Below the pieces are notes generated by a model, which made no database searches, was not told the origin of the DNA, and worked only from the letters and a program-made list of their open reading frames with translations. From Macrostomum lignano (taxonomy: Eukaryota), in contig NIVC01000992.1 of NCBI GenBank assembly GCA_002269645.1, positions 62,001 through 126,000 of the forward strand: a DNA stretch of 64,000 nucleotides. Direction: 5' to 3'. Numbering within the stretch: position 1 is the first letter of the stretch; the number at the start of each line of letters is the position of its first letter. Position numbers and translations under genes: made by a program. This document shows positions 1-9,699 of the stretch, piece by piece.

Positions 1-6
1 TCGGAG

Positions 7-699
7 TCAGTCCACCTTCTTATATACTTTTCTGGCAGGCAGTTTCAGCCAGGCTGTGTTGCTCCCGTACCCCTTGACTAGACTCTCCTGTTCTTTCTCC
101 AGTTCACTCCCTCTGCTGGTTGCCATTTTCTTCTTAACTGATTTACCAATAGCGGAAAGCGGAACATTAAGCTTTTTCTGCTGCAGAAAATCGATGAACT
201 CGTTCCACCCAACTGGTTCACGCTCACATGGCGAATCCCTCACTGCGTGCTGAATCAAGTCCAGTATGTTTGAGGAAGGGATTGACGTGCCTGCGATTTC
301 CACCTCCCCGTTTTCACAAACTCGAATCAGCTCTGGATTGGTGGACAGGATCGTCCACAGACTGCGAGCCCTGGTTTTGAATTTCTGTGGCACCGACTTG
401 CTGATCTTCTCTTCCCAGGTGTTCATCTGGGGTGTCTCTGTTTTCATCAACTTGGCTTCAGTATTTCGTGATCCTTCTTTTCCAGCGTGCTTGCGCTTGG
501 CCAGCAAACTTTGCATTGCACTTTGGTACATGGCGGTTTTCACATCTTCTGGACAATCCTCGGCATACAAGATGTCATCGCATTTCTTCTGAGCCTGCTT
601 CAAGTCAGCTTCAGTGGTAGTCTCATTTGGCTTCAAATTCTGCATCAACATCTCATACTCTGCTTTAGGAATCAGAACCATTTCTGAAAATTTGTTCAT
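7..699 (-). CDS. Conserved Polinton protein of unknown function (230 aa)
   Basis: Motifs DDIL..EDVKTAMYQ, GEVEIAGTSIPSSNILDLI and EPVGWNEFIDFL..LNVP match a protein routinely found in Polinton modules. Overlaps the upstream ORF. Confidence 0.75.
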   Translation of the reverse strand: MNKFSEMVLIPKAEYEMLMQNLKPNETTTEADLKQAQKKCDDILYAEDCPEDVKTAMYQSAMQSLLAKRKHAGKEGSRNTEAKLMKTETPQMNTWEEKISKSVPQKFKTRARSLWTILSTNPELIRVCENGEVEIAGTSIPSSNILDLIQHAVRDSPCEREPVGWNEFIDFLQQKKLNVPLSAIGKSVKKKMATSRGSELEKEQESLVKGYGSNTAWLKLPARKVYKKVD

Positions 700-943
700 T
701 TTGCTTCTTCTTCTTTACCAGCTTAAGCAGAATCGGGAGTATTTTGATGAAGCCAGCCTTCAACAAGTCTGTCTTTCTTCTTTTGTGAGTAATTTTTCGA
801 ATTATCTCTTTTGACTTTGCAAGAACAGCTTTTTCATCGAGCGAAAACGATAGATTGTTTTGTAAGAGATTATGGCAGGCCTCGACAAGAAAATAACGCA
901 CTTCTTTTGGACAATTTTTTATCAACAGCCGCTTGAAGCGCAC
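665..943 (-). CDS. Small basic conserved Polinton protein (about 92 aa), probable virion protein
   Basis: Pattern FLVEACHNLL..N, LAKSKEIIRKI and a C-terminal AGFIKILPILL hydrophobic helix, resembling the small ORF (GGFL-type motif) found next to Polinton ATPases. The true start is uncertain. Confidence 0.6.
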   Translation of the reverse strand: MRFKRLLIKNCPKEVRYFLVEACHNLLQNNLSFSLDEKAVLAKSKEIIRKITHKRRKTDLLKAGFIKILPILLKLVKKKKQNEQIFRNGSDS

Positions 944-988
944 GGTATATTTAGGTGACGCAAGAACCGCAAAAAACTTGCATGTGAA

Positions 989-1722
989 TCAAGCACTTCC
1001 ATAGCGATGAAAACAATAGCTGATAAAAACAAGCTTCACTTTCTTAAGCAAATACAAGATGGGGTCGCTGGTTGGGCAAATTCTGGCCCGCACTCGCAGC
1101 TCATCGGGAGTTGATGGTGAAAATCCAGGAACAGGTAAGCTCCCCTGCCCTGCGCGGTCACGTGCTTGAACACTGACAGCAGAAAGCCGGGCTTCTCTGT
1201 AAAGCACTGCCTGCCCAGTGCTGCAATCTGCAGCTGGTCTCTGGGGTTTTTCAAGATAGCTAAATACATTACATTCAAGCTCATTGTTCGCGACTCTTTT
1301 CCCTTGAAAAATATATTCTGAGTCAGCATCACCAAGAAGCACGGCAAGTGATGTGCGATTCCTGTGAAAAAATTTCGCATTGAAGCAGAGTTTGAAGTTT
1401 CCTCTATTAAGTCATCGAAAACAACCAGGTCATTGGGCCTAAGTGCTGCCTCGATGTTGGTGGGAAATCCCTGGCGCAGCTGCACACCTAGGCTGCTCAG
1501 TTCTGCATGGCCTGCCTGTGAGATCCCATAGTACCACAGAACTCTGCCAGGCTTCACATCAAACATGACGTCTCTGTACTGGATCAGGTGTTTGACAAAG
1601 GTTGTTTTTCCTGCATTGGTGGGCCCGCAGACAATCATGCAGCTTCCCTGCCTGAGGCGGATATCGTAGCAAACTTGCTTTTCTCCCATGTTTAATGCAT
1701 AAATATTAGAAATCACGGACAT
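989..1722 (-). CDS. DNA packaging ATPase (A32/FtsK-HerA-like) with a frameshift near 1117
   Basis: Walker A GPTNAGKT, Walker B LVVFDD, then LTQNIF and KNPRD..QI..LGRQ motifs. The expected C-terminus (STPDELRVRARICP) lies in a different frame (ORF 989-1342). Confidence 0.92.
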
Positions 1723-2225
1723 CTTTTTCTTAAGTTGGCTTCAAACCTCTGTAAGATTCTATCATTCAAATGATTTTTTTCATTAGCATGCAAATGCTTC
1801 AAAATCCCCTCAAATGACCGATTGAACAGAAACTTTTGATAAGCAAAATAGATGCAAAACACTCCGCATTTATTAGAGTTAGCACATTGAACTCTGTTTA
1901 TATTGCTTCGGAGCCAAAAGCCAGTTGTTTTAATCTCTCGAAACAAATTATAAACCAAAGATAAAATTTCAGGTTCCCAGCCGAGGGAGTTGAACAACTC
2001 AATGCGATTTCCTTGCCCAACATAGCACACCACCCAGTGACCAAATGAGCCATTGTGCTGAAGTAGGACAAAAACAAACTTGTTTTCAAAGGAAATTGAT
2101 GATCTAAATTTTCTTTTTACATTCAAGGGCAGAGAATTTTTATAGCGCAAATGTAAAGTAACTATGAGAAATTTTTGGTAAGGCAAAAATTTTCTGGCGA
2201 GATTAAGTAGTTGAATTGCATCCAT
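1713..2225 (-). CDS. Adenain-like cysteine maturation protease
   Basis: GHWV..., ELFNSLG and VQCANSNKCGVFCIYF give the His, Asn (in place of Asp) and Gln/Cys catalytic motifs of Polinton proteases. Confidence 0.9.
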   Translation of the reverse strand: MDAIQLLNLARKFLPYQKFLIVTLHLRYKNSLPLNVKRKFRSSISFENKFVFVLLQHNGSFGHWVVCYVGQGNRIELFNSLGWEPEILSLVYNLFREIKTTGFWLRSNINRVQCANSNKCGVFCIYFAYQKFLFNRSFEGILKHLHANEKNHLNDRILQRFEANLRKRCP

Positions 2226-2230
2226 GTCAA

Positions 2231-3503
2231 TTAAGATGAATAGTCCAGCAAAAGCTCTCGGTGCTTGGTGACCTCAATCAGCGAGTCATACAGGCACATA
2301 GCAATCAGGACACCGCTTCATTCAGAGCCTGTTGGAAGCGAATCTCCAGCCGCAGGTTGCCCTCCTTCTGTCCGTACCACAGAGCCGCTCCTCGGTGTGA
2401 GATCGAATGCAAACACCGTGCTGTTGTTGGAGAAGAGCTGGTAGGGATCCACGGAACCGAGTTCGTGTGGCTTGCAGATTGACAGCTTTTCAGGTAGTGC
2501 AAGTATTCTCTTACAAAGGAATTGTTTTCAGGTGTGAAGGCCCGTGGCACACGGTTTCCCCACCTTTTTTAGAGCCAATCGGCTAAGGTTGAAAGCTCTG
2601 GAACTGGAAGGGCTCGCGTGATATGACCGTTGAATGCTCGGTGGCTCACGAAGGCCAGCATGATAAACTTCCAATTTCCATGAGTGAATCCTTCAATGTT
2701 TTTTGACTGAATACCCTGGGGTAGGATGAAGTTCTGCATTTCAGTTCGCTCGATGGGATACAGTGCATTTTGGTTTGTCACCCCTGCTCGTGGGCCAGGC
2801 TGATGTGGGGCATCACTTTGACTCGGCGAAGATGCAGAATGCTGTGAGAGATTTCCATTCGGTATGCCGCGTTGTTTGCATTCGGGGTTCTGATGGCAAA
2901 GGCCCCATCGCTGGGGACCAGTTTGATGTGCAGGTGCAGATTGCTTAGCAGAAACACTGGGCACTGGAAAACATCGCTGAAGAGCGGCCCCGCATACTCC
3001 ATCCATTGGGATTCCCTGTGGCTCTCCGTGTGCTCTTCAGCTGCCGAGTTCGGCTCCAGGAAGCCAGCAGGGTAAAGTTTTAGTTGCTGGGCATCGGATG
3101 AGCTCATTAGTGCTTTGAAGTACGCATGGTAGGGATAGAGCTGGTCTCCACCAGACACCACTCGCTGGTTAATGCTCACAATTACATCTGAGAAGGCTGT
3201 AGACAGAACAAAATTTTCTGGGTGCACGTCACTGTCTCTGCGCTCGGTGATGATGCCATCTCCATCTCGAACATCCTCCCTCAGCAAACCCCCATCCAGT
3301 CTCACAAGGCGGCAGCGAATATAAAGAAAAGAATTCAGCAGATCTGTGTATTCATCGGCAGATTGGTGGCAGTCAAATTCAATGGGAGAGTTTGCAACAA
3401 TGGAATTAACTGGGTGAATATCAACATAAGTAGCTTTTTCAATGCAGGTTTGTAGAACGGGCGTCTTAAATAAATCAAGTCTGGGATTGAATCCGTAAGC
3501 CAT
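2231..3503 (-). pseudogene. Double jelly-roll major capsid protein, 3' half broken by multiple frameshifts
   Basis: N-terminus LDLFKTPVLQT..SPIEF..DLLNSFLYIR. Later fragments NALYPIER, RAFNGH, PFQFQSF, NLSRLAL, PRAFTP..FVREY, STVFAFDLTP, EGNLRLEIRF and LYDSLIEVTKHRELLLDYSS* are spread over all three frames. Confidence 0.9.
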
Positions 3504-3505
3504 GT

Positions 3506-3952
3506 CTATGACAGAGAGTCGAGCACGCGTTTCACAGTTTTCTTGCTGACTTTTCGCTTTCGCTTTCCTCCGCCTGCTCTATTCTTCTTTGCTTTCGTCT
3601 TCCTATTCTTAAGCTTTTTCCCACTAGCCTTGCTCGACCTCTTACTGCGATTTCCACCAGTTGCCTTTCGGGTGCCCTTCTTTTTCTTCAATCGTTTCGG
3701 ACTTGCTTCAGTATTTCTTTTGCGCCTGACGTTGCTAAGCGTCGAGGCTGATGATGATGATATAGCCGCTGGCGGAGGCTGGTATGTCATGATCCCTGGG
3801 AAGCTCCCACAGCCATAGAGTGCAGGCTTTTCGTGTCCTGTCCTCACCCCCGAATATTGCTGGATTAGCTGCTGGTAGTTCATTGAATGCGTTTCTCCTG
3901 AATTTGAACTGTAAGCAGAACAGGGCTGTGAGTCTGTGCAATCAGTGGGCAA
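3506..3952 (-). CDS. Lys/Arg-rich core (DNA-condensing) protein candidate
   Basis: Lies between the minor and major capsid genes. The C-terminal half is very basic, and it contains LYGCG, matching an adenain-type cleavage consensus. The start is probably the internal MNYQQ Met. Confidence 0.6.
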   Translation of the reverse strand: MPTDCTDSQPCSAYSSNSGETHSMNYQQLIQQYSGVRTGHEKPALYGCGSFPGIMTYQPPPAAISSSSASTLSNVRRKRNTEASPKRLKKKKGTRKATGGNRSKRSSKASGKKLKNRKTKAKKNRAGGGKRKRKVSKKTVKRVLDSLS

Positions 3953-4707
3953 CCATAGATGTCACGGAGCTGAACTCGAATGCTGTGAAGAAGACTGATT
4001 CGTTGAATCGGGAAGAATATTGTTTTCTTAAATATTTTTGTTTGATAGTTGCCCCATTCAATGCCGGCTTTCATTCCAACTGTTCTCAACAAGGAGCTCC
4101 AGTTGCAATTAGTTGACTCAACGATACTGCAGTGCACATTGATTAAGCTGGTGCGCGGGCAGCCAATGCAATGCTCGGACACGCGGCTCCCTGGCTGGAT
4201 TTTCACAGCCTGGTTTCCAAATCCCAGCCAATGCAGAATTTTACTAGATGGAAGAAACAGCTCTGCTCTCGCAGTGTTGTTGTGCACCACAGTTCGTGAG
4301 TTGTGGATTTCGAACTTCATACCGAATTCCCTGTTGCCACTACGCCCCATCAGGCCGGACTCATCAGCCTCCATCTCAGACTCCCTGTCACTCATTGCAT
4401 CAAAGAACAGCGAATCAGAGTTGGCCAGCAGCTCATTCAGGCGCTCCACCAGCTCCTCCACTCTAGCAAAGCGTCCGGGTTGAAGAACCAGGGCCTCATG
4501 CTCTCTTCCATCTGAGACAGTGAAGCAGTAAGGCTCGTCAACATTGAACCATGCAGCAGGCAGATGGATTTCAGCCAGACCTGCCTCATAGTCCACATTT
4601 CGATCCAAGTAAATAGGTGAAGGCAGGTAAAATTTTAAGTCACTAGGAGTACCTTCAGCATGCTCACTGTTAATCAAAATAGTTCGCATTATAATGATAA
4701 ACTTCAA
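3880..4707 (-). CDS. Minor capsid protein (penton-like single jelly roll)
   Basis: FYLPSPIYLD..YEAGLAEIHLP..WFNV N-terminus, LINVHCSIVE, and C-terminal LHSIRVQLRDIYG..VLLTVQI are characteristic of Polinton minor capsid proteins. Confidence 0.85.
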   Translation of the reverse strand: MKFIIIMRTILINSEHAEGTPSDLKFYLPSPIYLDRNVDYEAGLAEIHLPAAWFNVDEPYCFTVSDGREHEALVLQPGRFARVEELVERLNELLANSDSLFFDAMSDRESEMEADESGLMGRSGNREFGMKFEIHNSRTVVHNNTARAELFLPSSKILHWLGFGNQAVKIQPGSRVSEHCIGCPRTSLINVHCSIVESTNCNWSSLLRTVGMKAGIEWGNYQTKIFKKTIFFPIQRISLLHSIRVQLRDIYGCPLIAQTHSPVLLTVQIQEKRIQ

Positions 4708-4726
4708 GATGAGGGATGTGCCAAAG

Positions 4727-5797
4727 CTAAACCTTTCTTAAGTCTTTTTCATCCACCCAGCCAGTCGAGTCGTAGCCCGCTCATTTCACCAGATAGCGAA
4801 TTTTTCCCTTCCGCTTCTCCGTTTTCAGGATCTTCTCAATCACATACAGCCGCTGTGAGTCCGGGACAGCCTGCAGCTCGTGCTCATGGAAGAGTCCTCG
4901 AATCTCTTGCCCCCGCATGTCTTTAATCTTGTACATGTAGGGATAATGTTTTGGGGCTCTGCTCACCACGGTGTACACTTCCTCACTCCAGCTCGCTTTG
5001 TATCCCTTTTTGAATAGCCGTGGAGCATTGGAAATTCTCACTGACTGGTTTTCAGCGAATTTAGGCTTCCTTAATTTTTCTAGAGTCTCGACTGCTTTTC
5101 CGTCGTACAGGTTCATCCACACTTCAGATTCATTATCTTTGCAGACACTAGTGGGTGCCATTTTGATGCTTCTGTGGTAGGTATTGTTGTAGGATTTTAC
5201 CAGCTTAGGCAGCACATCAAGCCAGTGCAGTGTGCTCTTGTAGGTGAAGTAGCGCCACATTCTACTTTTCAGACTCCGATTCCATCGCTCAATGACAGCC
5301 GCCTTCTGCTCGCTGTTAGTTGGGAAAGCCAGAATCCCTCTGTCAATGCAGTATTGACGGAAAGTGGAGTTGATAAATTCCTTCCCCTGATCTGTGCGAA
5401 CTGTGCGCGGCTGTCGCTTTGAACTTCTCAGTATGCTCTCGAATGCTGACTTCACTTCTGCAGCAGATTTATTTTTCAGTGCCTTGGCCCAAGCACATTT
5501 TGAGAGCACGTCAATGCATGTGAGAATATATTTGTAGCCTTTATTATGCTTTGCAAATGGAATCATTTCCACTAAGTCAAGTTCCCACTGATCATCGATT
5601 GCGCGCACTATGATTGGGGCCCTTGGATATCGCCTCCTAGCTGGCTTGTGCAGAGTGTGCACTGGCTGCTCGCTGAGCCACTGCTCAATGCTCTTTGCAG
5701 ATATTCGATCACCTCTTTGCCTCACTTCATGCAGCAACTTTGAGGCACAAGAAAAACTAGCCGGTTGCTCAGGTTTCAAATAAATTTTCTCCATCAT
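4727..5797 (-). CDS. Retroviral-like (rve) integrase with C-terminal chromodomain; in-frame TGA at 4781-4783
   Basis: HTLHKP zinc-binding region, QWELDLVEM, CIDVLSK, VRTDQGKEF, KAAVIERWNRSLK (DDE). After YLVK* the frame continues AGYDSTGWVDEKDLRKV* to 4727. Confidence 0.95.
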
Positions 5798-6126
5798 GGG
5801 TTTATCAAGATACGTGCCTATCCACCTGCTCTAGCTGTACAGTATTTTTTTTCTTAAGTAGAAATTTATATTCCAATTAAATGATAGAGAAACGAGTGGC
5901 AAATTAATTTATTACTGTCAGATTGAAACCTCTAACATCGTAACAGTCGGTGTATTTTCCGAAAGCAAACAATCCATAAAAACGAACACTAAAACACTCG
6001 CACACCAGCATTTCAGAAATAGCAGAGATAAAGAACAGCATAGTGCCGTCAGATATAGGCTGGATAATCATGTGCAAGCTAAAAGTAATTTAGTTATGTC
6101 CAATGCATTCAAAGCATTCTAGCTGT

Positions 6127-6900
6127 TCAGTTATCAAAGCGAACATTGGGCAGCCTCATCGCGTCCTGCCGACGAAGTTGAAATGGCAGCTTTCGCTTCC
6201 TGCTGCTGCTGCTCACCGTCGAAGCCGCTGCATGCGCCCTGAACTGATACCACACCGGATCTTCCTCAAGGTTGGTGTCCCGCTGCGGAAGCAGTCCAGC
6301 ATCAGAATCAACCAAAGGTATCGGTGTGGATGTGATAGGCTCAGTCACAATGCGCGGCCTTGTGGGCGAGCTAACGTCCTCGTCATCAGCATGCTCTCCG
6401 CCCTCATCAGTCTCCATTATGGGCTTCGTGTCCTGGTCAGCCTCCAACTTGAGCTTCTTGTCCTCTTCCTCCTCTTCCTCATCAGACTCCAGCTCGTACT
6501 GCATTGAGTTCCTCAAGGGAGCCACCAGCTGACCGTCGATCCAGGAGGCGATTTTCCAGAGCTTCTGCCACAGCGGCGGAGTCAGTGGTACGGCGTTTCG
6601 TCTCAAAAACTCCTCGCAGCAATCTTCCGGCAGCCGTTTGAGCCAAATGATGCCGCCTTTGACTTCCACAAACTTATCGAAGCCGAGTTTCACGACCTTG
6701 GGCTCGTTGTTGCGTGCAGAAATCACAAGTGAGCGTTTCACCTCCTTCAATTTCTTCCATTGGTGAACATTCAGGTTGAATCCTGGGACGCCTGGCTTCA
6801 GACTTGCCGTGCTGCCGTGTCGGTAAAACTTGCGAATAGCGATAAATTTTTGTCCTTCAAACTCCTGGACTTGTGCCTTATAGCCTTCACAGATGTCCAT
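6127..6900 (-). CDS. PC4/Sub1-like ssDNA-binding protein with an apparent second degenerate PC4 repeat and an acidic disordered tail
   Basis: VQEFEGQKFIAIRKFY..LKPGVPGFNLNVHQWKKLKE matches the PC4 consensus (V..F.G...IDIR.FY....KPGKKGISL...QW..L). A similar beta-beta-beta-alpha pattern follows. Confidence 0.75.
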   Translation of the reverse strand: MDICEGYKAQVQEFEGQKFIAIRKFYRHGSTASLKPGVPGFNLNVHQWKKLKEVKRSLVISARNNEPKVVKLGFDKFVEVKGGIIWLKRLPEDCCEEFLRRNAVPLTPPLWQKLWKIASWIDGQLVAPLRNSMQYELESDEEEEEEDKKLKLEADQDTKPIMETDEGGEHADDEDVSSPTRPRIVTEPITSTPIPLVDSDAGLLPQRDTNLEEDPVWYQFRAHAAASTVSSSSRKRKLPFQLRRQDAMRLPNVRFDN

Positions 6901-7132
6901 TTTCCTTTCGCAATTGAAAACTCACAAAAGTTAAAAGCTGAGGAAAAGTTCGGATGAAATTTTGGATTTGAAAAATTGAGAATTCTTTCTTGTCAGTTTC
7001 GGGGCTTATATACCCTCGACCGAACCACCCCAAACCACCCATCCCACTCCGGGCTCTGTGATTGGCTCTTTCGCAAACATTATTTCCAATTACATAGATT
7101 AACATTCATTCAGCTAAGCTAACCCACTCCAT

Positions 7133-7428
7133 CCTATCTCTGCAGTGTTAACCACCCCCAATGCAAAGAGATAGGCCGCCTCTCCTCCTATCTCTGCAGT
7201 GTTAACCATCTCCAGTGTAAAGAGATAGGCCGCCTCTCCTCCTATCACTCCAGTGTTAAGCAGAGATAGAGCTCATATCTCTGCAGTGCTTAGCCGTCCC
7301 CAATGCACAGAGATAGAGCTCATATCTCTGCAGTGCTTAGCCGTCCCCAATGCACAGAGATAGAGCTCATATCTCTGCAGTGCTTGGCCGTCCCCAATGC
7401 ACAGAGATAGGGCTCATATCTCCGCAGT
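7133..7428. repeat. Subterminal palindromic tandem array (47-bp unit) of the Polinton
   Basis: Unit CAGAGATAGAGCTCATATCTCTGCAGTGCTTAGCCGTCCCCAATGCA, period 47 (7261, 7308, 7355), with two more diverged units before it. Confidence 0.9.
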
Positions 7429-8370
7429 GTATTTTTCCCTGTACATTTGCATTGCCGCCTATCTCGCCAGTGCTAGTGCGGCAGTATCATAATTCGCCCT
7501 ACTACTGTAGGCGAAAGTAGCTTGTTGTTGTTGTTGATGTCTCTCTCTTGCACGCAAATGTGCTGAGCTGGTTAATGAACCTACATATGAAGCTACATGT
7601 AGTGAGAAGATCCTCAAAGTCTCAGGGCGGTTGAACAAAACGATGTTAGTCCCTGAACAGCGAGTGAGGAGGATTTGGGTTCTGCTTGACATGAAGAAGC
7701 CTCTGGTTAGGTACTTTGTATTGAGAGAGCTCCATCAAGCCAGAGCAGAGACAAAACTTTTGTCAGCCTAGTGGAACAATCTTGAAGGCGAAACCGACAT
7801 GCTGGAGTTGATACAACTAGTGTTTTTTGGATCTTTGAGCCAGAGAGCAAGAAGTCGCGAGCCTGTTATATTTTTACCGTAACGAGCTAGAAACTGACGT
7901 CAATTCAAACTCGCGCTGAGATCGTAACGTACTCTAGACCAAGAACCACTGAAGAAACGATACTTACGTCCTTAGCTCAAACATGAAAAAATACACTTGA
8001 CCAAGTAGGTGTGGTAAATTTGTTTATTGCACTTTGCAAACAGGACAAGCCTGGGCTAGTCATGTGAAGAAAAAACACAACTGAATGTCGAGAACAAGGA
8101 CCAAAATGGAGCGGAGTCAGGCAGGGGAGACGGAGACAAAAGGCACTCAGGCAACCAGCCGTACGGGCAGGGGATGTGGAGCTGCAGCTCAGACCTGAGG
8201 GTTAAGAGAAGGCTGCTCATGCCTATAATGGCCATGCCAGTAGTCTCGCTGAGCATAGGTCGTAATAATTCTAGTAGCAACTACGAGCCAAGTTTTCCGG
8301 ATTCAAATAAAAGCAGGCCCCAAAAATCTCCAGTCTTAGGGCCCATAGAAAACATCTGACAGGTTTGAGG

Positions 8371-8475
8371 CAGAGATCGGCAAACTCCGGCCCGCGGGCC
8401 CTACGCGGCCATCGAAACCTCTCTATCCGGCCCTCGGGTCCTTTGAAACTTCGCAATGGCAATCCGGCCCGCTCA
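8371..8475 (+). mobile_element. Solo hAT (Charlie-like) transposon end
   Basis: CAGAGATCGGCAAACTCCGGCCCGCGGGCC resembles Charlie/MER58-type termini, with repeated GGCCC subterminal motifs. No partner end was found. Confidence 0.5.
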
Positions 8476-8479
8476 AGGT

Positions 8480-9485
8480 TTGTGTCTCTGCTCAGCTCTT
8501 TCTCTTCTCTCTCTTCTCTCTCCTCTATCCCCTCTCCCTTCTCTTCTCTCTCCTCTCTCTTATTCTCTCTCCCCTCTCCCTTCTCTTATTCTCTCTCCTC
8601 TCTCTTATTCTCTCTCCTCTCTCCCTTCTCTTCTTCTCTCTCCTCTCTCTTATTCTCTCTCCTCTCTCCCTTCTCTTATTCTCTCTCCTCTCTCTTATTC
8701 TCTCTCCTCTCTCTTATTCTCTCTCCCTTCTCTTATTCTCTCTCCTCCCTTTTATTCTCTCTCCTCTCTCTAATTCTCTCTCCCTTCTCTTATTCTCTCT
8801 CCTCCCTTTTATTCTCTCTCCTCTCTCTTATTCTCTCTCCTCCCTTTTATTCTCTCTCCTCTCTCTTATTCTTTCTCCTCCCTTTTATTCTCTCTCCTCT
8901 CTCCCTTCTATTCTTCTCTCTCCTCTCTCTTCTTCTCTCTTCTCTCTCTTCTTCTCTCTCCTCTCTCTTCTTCTCTCTCCTCTCTCTTATTCTCTCTCCT
9001 CTATCTTATTCTCTCTCCTCCCTTTTATTCTCTCTCCTCTCTCCCTTCTCTTCTTCTCTCTCCTCTCTCTTCTTCTCTCTCCTCTCTCTTCTTCTCTCTC
9101 CTCTCTCTTCTTCTCTCTCCTCTCTCTTCTTCTCTCTCCTCTCTCTTCTTCTCTCTCCTCTCTCTTCTTCTCTCTCCTCTCTCTTATTCTCTCTCCTCCC
9201 TTTTATTCTCTCTTCTCTCTCTTCTTCTCTCTCCTCCCTCTTCTTCTCTCCCCTCTCCCTTCTCTTCTTCCCCCCTCTCCCATCTCCACTCTCTTCTTCT
9301 CTCCACTCTCTTCTTCCCCCCATTCTGCCCTCTCCCCTCTCTTCTTCTCTCCCCTCTCTCCCCTTTCCTCTCACCCCTCTCTTCTTCTCTCCCCTCTCTC
9401 CCCTTTCCTCTCACCCCTCTCTTCTTCTCTCCCCTCTCTCCCCTTTCCTCTCACCCTTCTCTTCTTCTCCCCCCTCTCTCCCCTC
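8480..9485. repeat. CT-rich low-complexity / microsatellite tract (about 1 kb)
   Basis: Almost pure pyrimidine strand built from CTCTCT, CTT and CTTATT units. Confidence 0.97.
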
Positions 9486-9699
9486 ATGCAAATACACAAT
9501 GCGAACAATTTACTATGACCTTCATTATATTTAAGTTGTATATTACATCGGGTTAGAAATAAAAATAGATTCATGCGGCCATTTTTGAACTTAACGAAAG
9601 TCGTTGATGTTAACCTACAAAAAGTGCATTTCTCGCCTCTTTCGCAGTCTCATCCTTTTCCCGAGGAACAACAACTTCTATGGTAATTTATCGGTTGTA

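Larger units (their letters stand above)
1..7506 (-). mobile_element. Polinton/Maverick (adintovirus-like) element, one terminus plus integrase and virion morphogenesis module; continues past the left edge of the window
   Basis: Co-oriented, tightly packed minus-strand genes for rve integrase, penton-like and hexon-like capsid proteins, cysteine protease and A32/FtsK-like ATPase. The minus strand begins 5'-AGTAGTAGGGCGAATT at 7506, the typical Polinton AGT-repeat terminus. Confidence 0.93.

Noticed and set aside
1-700. Polinton lacking a DNA polymerase (PLV-like or deleted element)
   Set aside because: The element is cut by the window edge, so absence of pPolB cannot be concluded.
8365-9574. 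Long Ser/Leu/Pro-rich and Arg/Glu-rich ORFs
   Set aside because: They are translations of the CT microsatellite, with no complexity or domain signal.
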